Assembly (NCBI GenBank): GCA_964016885.1
Contig: OZ024742.1
Coordinates: 297,290,001-297,354,000 of the forward strand
Direction: 5' to 3'
Origin: Eledone cirrhosa
Lineage: Eukaryota
Length of the DNA: 64,000 nucleotides
The position numbers and the translations under genes are program-made. Below the pieces are notes generated by a model. That model saw nothing but the letters and a program-made list of their open reading frames with translations, did no database searches and was not told the origin of the DNA. The first letter of the stretch is position 1. Each line of letters starts with the position of its first letter. Shown here in pieces: positions 41,523 through 50,250 of this stretch.

Positions 41523-41731
41523 ATCACTGATGTATATTCTTATAGAATTCTAGTAAATAATCAGGAACTGATTATACAGAACGGTTGTTGGTCAGGCAAA
41601 AATTAAAAATATATATATTGCTATTTCAGAGCTCCAATTCTAATTTTTTATTTCTGCCTGACCAACAACCGCTCTGTATAATCAGTTCCTGATTATTTAC
41701 TAGAATTCTATAAGAATATAACATCAGTGAT

Positions 41732-41820
41732 CTCAGCAGACAGGAGGGAGTAGTTAGCCTTGATAAGCATCAATAAATGCGAAACAAGGCCTTGTCCGCT
41801 TATCTCCCCTGTTTGCTGAG
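41732..41820 (+). ncRNA. Type-I hammerhead ribozyme, U3-A8 core variant
   Basis: UUGAUAA (41760-66), stem II gcau/augc, GAAAC (41781-85), palindromic stem III ACAAGGCCUUGU, GUC^ at 41796. Extended stem I cucagcagacagg/ccuguuugcugag. C-C mismatch at 1.1/2.1. Confidence 0.78.
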
Positions 41821-41961
41821 ATTAAAGTAAGTGAATTTGTCACTAATCTAAAACAATAGCATACGGTCTTCAAAATGCTTTTAATTAAGCATAAAGTGTA
41901 TTGCAAAATACATTATATATACATCCATATATATATTGCTATTTCAGAGCTCCAATTCTAA

Positions 41962-42040
<79 letters not shown>

Positions 42041-42045
<5 letters not shown>

Positions 42046-45000
42046 TCATCACCGTTTTACGTCCGTTCTTCCACGCTAGCATGGGTTAGACGGGTTGTCC
42101 TGTTGTGGGCAGTGTCTGGTCGGCTGACCATGCCTTGCTCATACAGGAACTGATCTGGCTTGATTTCTACAGCTGGATGCCCTTCCTAACACCAACCTCA
42201 TTTACAGTGAGTGCTGGGTGCTTTTTCGTGGCGCCTACACGTCCACTTTACAGTGTGGGCTGGGTGCTTTTTTGCCGTGGCACCTCCACGACCACCTTGC
42301 GGTGGGGGGGGGGGGCATATTGTTTATATGCTTCAGCATGTACCCATGGGAGGTCGGGTACCCTGTATTACTGCGTGACGCCAGAAGTCACGGTCGTGTG
42401 TCATTGACTTTGAGAGGTGTAGTTGGGTAAGGTCGGCTTTTATCACCTCATCCCAAGTCATCTTGGGTCTCCCCACTCCGCGGTTTCCATCAACTTCTAG
42501 TGCTCTGCACCTTTTTATGCAGCTGTCATCCTTCATACGCATCACATGTCCATACCAGCGTAACCGCCTCTCCTGCACGCAGCATTTGATTCCTCTTATG
42601 CTCAGTCTCTCTCTCAATTCATTTATGCTTTGTCGTTCACGTATATTACTGTTACACATCCATCGGAGCATGCAGGCTTCGTTTCTCTCTAATCTACGTA
42701 GGTCTTCCACCTTCAGCGCCCAGGTCTCACTACCATGCAACATCGCTGTTCGGATACACGCATCATACAGTCTGCCTTTCATTCTGAGGGAGAAGCCTTT
42801 TGCAGCTAGCAGTGGTAGTAGTTCCCTAAACTTCTTCCATCCCGTTCTTACCCTAGTTATTGTACTTTCTGAGCACCCACCTCCGTTGCTAATTCGGTCA
42901 CCTAGGTAGCAGAAGCTGTCTACTGTTTCTACAGGGCCCTCCCAGAGATTGGTGGTACTTGTTTCCTGTGGCTGTTTGCTTGCTGTTTCAGCACAGCTGC
43001 TGCATGTGAATCCTACATTCTTAATTAAGCTTCCTGAGATCCCGCTACATCTCTTGTGTACCCATTGTTTGCATTTGGGGCAAAGAATGGAGTTCCTACC
43101 TACACCTTTCCTACATACTGAGCAAGGCCATTTCCCTGAGGGGATCTGGGTTCTGTTTTCTCGTCTACTTATAAGGACCTTAGTCTTTGTCATGTTGACT
43201 TTGAGGCCCTTTCTCTCTAGTCCCTGCTTCCAGGTTTGGAATTTATTCTCTAGTTCTACCATAGATTCAGCTATGAGTGCGAGGTCATCAGCATACAGGA
43301 GTTCCCATGGGCATCCGGTCTTAAACTCCTCCGTTATTGCCTGCAGGACTATGATGAACAGGAGAGGGCTAAGAACAGAGCCCTGGTGGACCCCAACCTG
43401 TACGCTAAATTCCTCGCTATACTCATTGCCAATCCTAACTTTGCTGACTGCTCCCCTATACATGGCTTGTACCGCTTTCACAAGCCATTCATCTACTCCT
43501 AGTTTTCTAAGAGCCCACCAGATTACTGCACGTGGAACTCTGTCAAAGGCTTTCTCAAGGTCGACAAATGCCAAGTAGAGTGGCTTACTTTTAGCTAGGT
43601 ACTTTTCCTGTAATTGCCTCACAAGGAAGAGCGCATCAGTGGTGCCTTTCCCTGGTACAAACCCAAATTGCATCTCGTCTATATTCACCCGGTCCCTAAT
43701 CAGCTGTGCTATAACTCTTTCTGTTACTTTCATGACCTGGTCCATCAACTTTATACCTCTATAGTTTCCTCTATCTAGTGCATCGCCTTTACCTTTGTAG
43801 CAGTTGACAATGATGCTACTGCACCAATCTTTTGGTATGGCCCCCTCTAGTATTACCTGGTTAACGATACGTGTGGTTATAGTGTGACCTACAGACCCAG
43901 ATGCCTTCAGCATCTCGGCAGCTATACCCGATGGACCGGTTGCCTTCCCTATCTTCATATCTCTGATTGCCTTACTTACTACGCTGCCGCTGACTTGTAC
44001 TGCTGGTCCCTCTATAGGGTCTACGTGGGGTAGGGTCTCTTCTTCCCATGCATTCTCCTCATTTAGTAATCTATCATAATGACTCTTCCATGCATCTTTC
44101 TTCTCAGCACTTGTGAGGGCAAGCTCACCTTTATCATTCCGGATACACTTCTCTCCAATGACATCACAACTATCTCTGACACACTGCCTCGCAATCTTGA
44201 ATACCTCCTGTTTCTGGTCCTCACGTTGTAAAACATGCTTGAATTTTCTATCCTCTGCTTCCCTCCTAGCTAAGTATACTTGTCGCCTAGCTTCCCTCTT
44301 GGTCTCTATGTAATGTACCCTGCTCCCCCCGTTCTTCCATTCTTTCCATGCCTGTCTCTTGGCCTTGACTGCTTCATCTACCTTATTGTTCCACCACCAA
44401 GTCACTCTCCTCCTGCTTGAGGTCTTACTCCAGCCACAAACCTCATCCGTCGCCTCTAGTAAGTTATTTTTTAGGAACTCCCAGTTCTCTTCTACGTTAA
44501 ATGTCTCTATCTGTTCTTCTTTACTGTCGTAGGCGTTGAGTAAAATATCTTTAAATCTGTTACTGGTTGAGGGGACTTTCAGCTTCCAGATCTTTCTTCT
44601 CCAGGTTGGCCTCTGTTTCAGGGCTCGTCTAGTTCTGACCGTGAGGTCGCTGACAACTAAGCTATGTTGGGATGTACATTCCTCACTAGGGAAGGCTTTT
44701 GTGTTTACGACCGTCCATCTGTCACGTCCTCTGATGAGGATAAAATCTAACTGACTAGAGTGCTCCCCTGATCTATAGGTGATCAGGTGGTTGTCGGGTT
44801 TTTTAAAGTTTGTGTTACATATCGACATGTCATTGGCGTCGCAGAATTCTAGAAGTCTGAATCCTTCCTCATTCCTTGTGCCAACTCCATGGCCTCCATG
44901 TACTCTATTGAAGCCGTCGCAGTGTTTACCTACGTGTCCGTTAAAATCTCCTGCAATGATTAGGAAGTCCTTGTCGTCTGTTAGAGCAGTAGTGTGTATT

Positions 45001-45460
45001 AGGGACTCGTAAAACCTATCCTTAAGTTCGTCTGGCAGCCCCGATTGGGGTGCGTAAGCTGATATTATTGTGGTAATTGTCTTATTCAGGACTAGTCTGA
45101 GTTTAATGATTCTTGCATTTACCCTGTACACTGAGATTACTTTATCTACCCACTTGTCAGCTAATAGTATACCTACACCACCCATCCCATCGTCATTTCC
45201 CACCCAGAAAAATTTGTAGCACTGGCTTTTTCCTACAAGGACTCTAGCAGACCCTCCTCTCCATCTAGTCTCTTGCACACAGCATACATCAACTTCCTTT
45301 CGCTCTAGCATTTCTACGATTTCTCCTGCTCTTCCTTTCATTGAGCCTACATTGATGGTACCAACTCGGAGTTTTGGGCATTTGTCGACACTCGTAGGGG
45401 AGGGTCTCTGGGTTGGCGCTTCACGTGGGTGCTTGGTAGCTCGCAGATTCATATTTCATA
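42041..45460 (-). mobile_element. Near full-length RTE-clade LINE inserted in (TA)n
   Basis: Single ORF plus a roughly 290-bp 3' UTR ending ...CCCATGCTAGCGTGGAAGAACGGACGTAAAACGGTGATGATGA. TA runs on both sides. Confidence 0.95.
42333..45452 (-). CDS. RTE LINE polyprotein: AP-like endonuclease, reverse transcriptase and a PHD-like zinc finger (1039 aa, uninterrupted)
   Basis: APE motifs GTINV, CVQETRW, SAYAPQ, GDFNGHVG, DFILI, SQH. RT motifs NYRGIKL, QFGF, FVDLEKAFDRV, GVHQGSVLSPLLF, YADDLAL, FCYLG. Cys cluster CSVC...CPKC...HKRC...CSSC. Confidence 0.96.
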   Translation of the reverse strand: MNLRATKHPREAPTQRPSPTSVDKCPKLRVGTINVGSMKGRAGEIVEMLERKEVDVCCVQETRWRGGSARVLVGKSQCYKFFWVGNDDGMGGVGILLADKWVDKVISVYRVNARIIKLRLVLNKTITTIISAYAPQSGLPDELKDRFYESLIHTTALTDDKDFLIIAGDFNGHVGKHCDGFNRVHGGHGVGTRNEEGFRLLEFCDANDMSICNTNFKKPDNHLITYRSGEHSSQLDFILIRGRDRWTVVNTKAFPSEECTSQHSLVVSDLTVRTRRALKQRPTWRRKIWKLKVPSTSNRFKDILLNAYDSKEEQIETFNVEENWEFLKNNLLEATDEVCGWSKTSSRRRVTWWWNNKVDEAVKAKRQAWKEWKNGGSRVHYIETKREARRQVYLARREAEDRKFKHVLQREDQKQEVFKIARQCVRDSCDVIGEKCIRNDKGELALTSAEKKDAWKSHYDRLLNEENAWEEETLPHVDPIEGPAVQVSGSVVSKAIRDMKIGKATGPSGIAAEMLKASGSVGHTITTRIVNQVILEGAIPKDWCSSIIVNCYKGKGDALDRGNYRGIKLMDQVMKVTERVIAQLIRDRVNIDEMQFGFVPGKGTTDALFLVRQLQEKYLAKSKPLYLAFVDLEKAFDRVPRAVIWWALRKLGVDEWLVKAVQAMYRGAVSKVRIGNEYSEEFSVQVGVHQGSVLSPLLFIIVLQAITEEFKTGCPWELLYADDLALIAESMVELENKFQTWKQGLERKGLKVNMTKTKVLISRRENRTQIPSGKWPCSVCRKGVGRNSILCPKCKQWVHKRCSGISGSLIKNVGFTCSSCAETASKQPQETSTTNLWEGPVETVDSFCYLGDRISNGGGCSESTITRVRTGWKKFRELLPLLAAKGFSLRMKGRLYDACIRTAMLHGSETWALKVEDLRRLERNEACMLRWMCNSNIRERQSINELRERLSIRGIKCCVQERRLRWYGHVMRMKDDSCIKRCRALEVDGNRGVGRPKMTWDEVIKADLTQLHLSKSMTHDRDFWRHAVIQGTRPPMGTC

Positions 45461-45522
45461 TATATATATATGAGAGACGTAAAATAAGAAAATTATAAAA
45501 TTAACTTACTTACTAAAATATC

Positions 45523-45604
45523 ACTTCCAACTAATTAGTTTCTGGAATGGAATAAATATATTTTCCGAAGAAGATACAGAGAAGCATTCCGTCGTCAGGG
45601 AGGT
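45523..45604 (-). ncRNA. Type-I hammerhead ribozyme
   Basis: accucc-CUGACGA-cggaaug...cauucca-GAAAC-uaauua-GUU^ggaagu. Predicted cut between 45529 and 45528. Confidence 0.82.
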
Positions 45605-46285
45605 CTATTCTCATCTAAGTATCCAGGCAAAGCGTGGACACTGGAAACTTATTAAAAAATAATTCAGTGGATAGGAAATAGCAAAGCGTGGACTGAATTC
45701 CTAGCCATTGAGAAAATCACTGCCTCTGCGTCGGTGGCAAATTCAAAAAGAATCAATCACGTGACATCGAGGTCAATCAGTGGAAAGTGGTTTGCTAATA
45801 AGACAGCGGCCTGCTACCATAGCAGCAGTCATGGCCAATATTGCTCGACAAATAATTTGGAGATAATTATGAAGATTTAATATCTAGTAACATATATATA
45901 CATACAGATGCATATCAATGCTAGCAAATATATAGGTTTTGTCTTAGTAACTTTGTGGTTCAATGCATGGGGTTGCAGAACAATAATATGAGAGACGTAA
46001 AATAAGAAAATTATAAAATTAACTTACTTACTAAAATATCACTTCCATTGGCCATGACTGCTGCTATGGTAGCAGGCAGGCTGCTGTCTTATAAGCAAAC
46101 CACTTTCCACTGATTGACCTCGATGTCACGTGATTGATTCTTTTTGAATTTGCCACCGACGCAGAGGCAGTGATTTTCTCAATGGCTAGGAATTCAGTCC
46201 ACGCTTTGCTATTTCCTATCCACTGAATTATTTTTTAATAAGTTTCCAGTGTCCACGCTTTGACTGGATACTTAGATGAGAATAG

Positions 46286-46367
46286 ACCTCCCTGACGACG
46301 GAATGCTTCTCCGTATCTTCTTCGGAAAATATATTTATTCCATTCCAGAAACTAATTAGTTGGAAGT
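46286..46367 (+). ncRNA. Type-I hammerhead ribozyme (inverted copy)
   Basis: CUGACGA 46292-98, GAAAC 46348-52, palindromic stem III AACUAAUUAGUU, GUU^ at 46361, stem I accucc/ggaagu. Confidence 0.82.
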
Positions 46368-46561
46368 GATATTTTAGTAAGTAAGTTAATTTTATAATTT
46401 TCTTATTTTACGTCTCTCATATTATTGTTCTGCAACCCCATGCATTGAACCACAAAGTTACTAAGACAAAACCTATATATTTGCTAGCATTGATATGCAT
46501 CTGTATGTATATATATGTTACTAAATATTAATTCTTTATATATATATATATATATATATAT

Positions 46562-46915
46562 ATGGTGTGGGATGCTTAAAGCGTCCGTATGTGGTAGGCC
46601 ATTTGAGCACTCGATGCTCTTACAAAACAGAGTATAATATCACATGAGAAACAGAGAATCAGTGTTAGAATTTATTAGACATATTACAATCGTTTCTCTG
46701 GCAACCAGCTCAAGGCACGATCAATGCGATGAACGAACCTGACTCTGAAATCGCAAGGTCTTCAGATACATTTCAATCCCATGAAGCAGAGCTTTCAAAG
46801 TCCTGTTTATCCCACCGGCCTTCGCTCACCAGCTTCTATCCTGTTCTTGTCGGTCGATGAGTGGTCAAGAATTATACATATCATCAGTATTTCTGAGCAC
46901 TCATGGCCGTCCATT
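46562..46915 (-). mobile_element. Roughly 350-bp non-coding (TA)n-flanked element with a hammerhead motif
   Basis: Bounded by TA runs; carries the HHR at 46679-46771 followed by AATAAA and an ACTC/GAGTGCT hairpin. Confidence 0.65.
46679..46771 (-). ncRNA. Type-I hammerhead ribozyme (degenerate stem II)
   Basis: auguau-CUGAAGA-ccuugcgauu...gguugccaga-GAAAC-gauu-GUA^auaugu. Confidence 0.62.
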
Positions 46916-47125
46916 TATATATATATATATTAGTAAGAGTCGGGGCTCGATGGCTGCAATCTTGCTGTTTCAATAGCTAGTTCCAGGCTAAGCCCCAACT
47001 CTTTCTAATATAGTCACACTCTACTATCCCAAATATTGAGTATTTTGTTGTATAATGGGTTAAATAGTTTAAAACTGGTTTAATCCTGTTTTAAACTATT
47101 TAGACCATTATATATATATATATAT

Positions 47126-47915
47126 GGGATCACATAGCCGAATCTGTGGAAGAATTAAAGAATACATTCCAGCTGTGGAAACAGAACTTAGAATCAAATG
47201 GGCTGAGACTAAACTTAGCAAAATCCAAAGTGTTGATAAATAAGAAAGAAGATAGGGCTCTGATTCCATCAGAAAAGTAGCTTTGCGCGATATGTAGAAA
47301 AGGAGTAGGCATCAATGTTATACAATGTACACAATGCAAAAACTTGGGTTCACAAGAGGTGTAGTATAACAGGCTGACTAACAAGAAATGTCTATGTTCA
47401 GGGTCAATTGATAGTAACTATACCAATAATGTATACCTTTTCTAATCCCAAGAAGGATCCATAGATGTGGTTGATAGCTTCTTCTAACAAGGTGATATAA
47501 TTAACTAGAATAAGTATAGCATGGAAAAGGTTTATGGGGTACTACCTCTGTTTACAACAAAATGTTTCTCCCTACAAACAAAAGGTTGCCTGTAACATGC
47601 TTGTGTGTGACTTGCAATGCAGCATGGTAGGGAAAGATGTGCAGTGAATGCAGAAGACATCTGAAGGCTGGAGAGAAATGAGACAAGCATGTTTTGATGA
47701 TTGTGCAATATTAATGTGTGAGAACAATAAAGCATAGATAAACTGAGTGAGAAACTGGATATATGAGGTACCAGATGTAGTGTGTTAGAGAGGAGACTCT
47801 TATGGTATGGGCATGTAATGCTCACAGAGGAGACAAAGAAGGAATGCAACAAGTGGAGTGATGTTGTACTGAAAAGGACTCATCTATCTCATGCAAGCAT
47901 GGACATTGAATGATA
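47126..47915 (+). pseudogene. Degenerate RTE LINE 3' part
   Basis: IAESVEELKNTFQLWKQNLESNGLRLNLAKSKVLI aligns with the intact ORF segment IAESMVELENKFQTWKQGLE. Many stops. Confidence 0.85.
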
Positions 47916-49426
47916 ATTGTTTCTACTTTAGGCACAAGGCCAGCAATTATTCCAGTATATTACTGGTACTTTATTTTATCGACCCCATAAGGATGAAAGG
48001 CAAAGTTAACCTCGGCAGGATTTGAATTCAGAATGACAAGGGCCATAACTCTATGCCACAAAGCATGGCCTCCGGCCCTCTGCTGATACTGCCAATCCAC
48101 CGCCTTATGGACATTGAATGATAATGATGATATATATATATTAGAATTTGTGTTTAAAATACGATTGTACTTACAATATTTAAACATTAACCGAATGAGT
48201 ACTCACTCCATGCATGGAGGATGTAAAATATCAGAATATGTATATGTATATATAAATGTGTGTGTATGTGTGTGTGTCTGTGTCAGTCTGTGAATATGTA
48301 TATTATTATAGATTAAAAACTAATCATCCTTCTTATGTTTCACTTATCTTTGCCTCAGATAAGAGATGTATTGCATGGGTATCTCCTAATAATCCATGAA
48401 TATGAAAAAACTGCTGTACAGACTGTGAAGACATTTGAATAAGATGAGAAGTTGTTTAGTTGGTGAGCTGTGCAAGGAAGCGTAAATGAGATTAAAGCAA
48501 GTTTCATATTATCATCGCCCTCACTATCATCATTTTGAACATCATCCACACTATCATTATCATTGTCATAGTTTTTATCATCATTATTACATCCATAATC
48601 AGGGCGGTGGATTTGCAGTATCAATAGAGCATCAGACGCCATGCTTTGCAGCACAGAGTTATTTATGGCCCTCTAAGTTCTGAGTTCAAATCCCACCAAA
48701 GTTAGCTTGCCTTTCATCTTTTTGGGGTCGATAAATTTAATCGACTTTGGCTTTCCTTAAATTTTTTGACCTTGTGCTTATTTATGAAAACATTATTACT
48801 GCCACTATCACCTTCATCATTACCACCAATTACATGTTCTATGTAAATGTTAGCTGGTAATAATGATGTTATATCTTCTGGTTGTTGATAAATTTTTTAA
48901 ATGTTTCAGTCATTTTACTGCAGCAATGTGGGGCACTACCTTCATTTAGTTGATCATATTAACCCTGATATTTATCTTTTCAAGTAAGGTACTTATTTTA
49001 TCAATTATATTTTGTTCAAATTTATGACACATAAACACATAGTCACAAATTCGCCGTCCAATTGCATGTTGGCAAAAGTCAAAAATAATTTTTCTTTTCT
49101 CAATGCATTGGTATGTTGCACACATTTTACATGTTAAGTCATTGTTTAATTATTTCTTTTAATATTTTAATGTATTTATCATTGTTTTGGTCGAAAGAAA
49201 CCTGTAAATATTCTGTTCATTCTTTCTTTCGTTATTGTCTCACAAGTATCTTACCAAAAGTGTTTCTCTACCCTGTTTCACAAACAGGCATTATGAGCAC
49301 AACACCGCCTAAATGCATCAAAATGTATGACAGCAACGTGACTGACTAGGTCTAGAAGTCAAGATAGTTTTGTCTGCTCATCGTATGTATCTGTCTTTTT
49401 GTGTGATTTATATATATATATAATTT

Positions 49427-49471
<45 letters not shown>

Positions 49472-49720
49472 TTAATATATATATATGTATGTGTATATAT
49501 ACATATATACACACATACATATATATATTAAAAAAAACAATGAAGTTTCATTTATATGCAGTTTTATGTAGTGTATCAACCTGTTATGCACGTTCTTTAG
49601 AGGATTGACTCAAGGTCAATCATAGAAGTAATGGAGCCAACTCCATTATCGATCTACAGACTGGCGATTCAATAAACAATACCCCAGTAATTCACTGAAT
49701 TATACATACTCTTTCTCTCC

Positions 49721-49787
<67 letters not shown>

Positions 49788-50059
49788 CATATATATATGT
49801 ATATATATATATATACATATATATACATATATATATATATGTATATATATATAATCTTGGAATGAAAAATTTGTCGTTTTATTTTATCTTATTTTCTTTG
49901 TTTACTTAGACAATGGATGGGATATGTGTGAAAATAACTCAATAATCTGTTAATAATCCATGAATATCAAAAGACATTGTTTCACATGTGAAGACGTTTG
50001 AATAAGGTGAGGGAAGTAAGTTAGTTAGGTATGCAAAGTAGCTTATATGAGATTAAAGC

Positions 50060-50181
50060 ACTGATGTTATCATTGTCATCAACATCGCCAACATCATCAT
50101 GTTCATGATCATCATCATTATCAACATTCTCACCACCATTACTTCCACAGCCACTGACGTTATCATTGTCATCAACATCGC

Positions 50182-50216
<35 letters not shown>

Positions 50217-50250
50217 CCATCACCATCATCATCATCATCATCATCATCAT
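50060..50250. repeat. (CAT)n microsatellite
   Basis: Direct inspection. Confidence 0.9.

Larger units (their letters stand above)
41327..41968 (+). mobile_element. HHR-bearing fold-back non-coding retroelement (318-nt monomer plus inverted copy) in (TA)n
   Basis: Near-perfect inverted arms at about 41327-41600 / 41651-41927. The spacer TTGCTATTTCAGAGCTCCAATTCTAATTTTT recurs at 41618 and 41936 (period 318). Confidence 0.88.
45468..46537 (-). mobile_element. HHR-bearing fold-back non-coding retroelement (518-nt monomer plus circularly permuted inverted copy) in (TA)n
   Basis: Direct repeat 45468-45528 / 45986-46046. 46047-46537 is the reverse complement of 45839 to 45468, continuing with 45985 to about 45872. 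Confidence 0.9.

Noticed and set aside
42463-45012. Plus-strand ORFs up to 209 aa overlapping the LINE
   Set aside because: Antisense shadows of the RTE ORF with no recognisable motifs.
46875-46895. Second CTGATGA box on the minus strand as an HHR core
   Set aside because: No compatible stem I or II; the CTGAAGA at 46759-65 fits the downstream GAAAC/GTA better.
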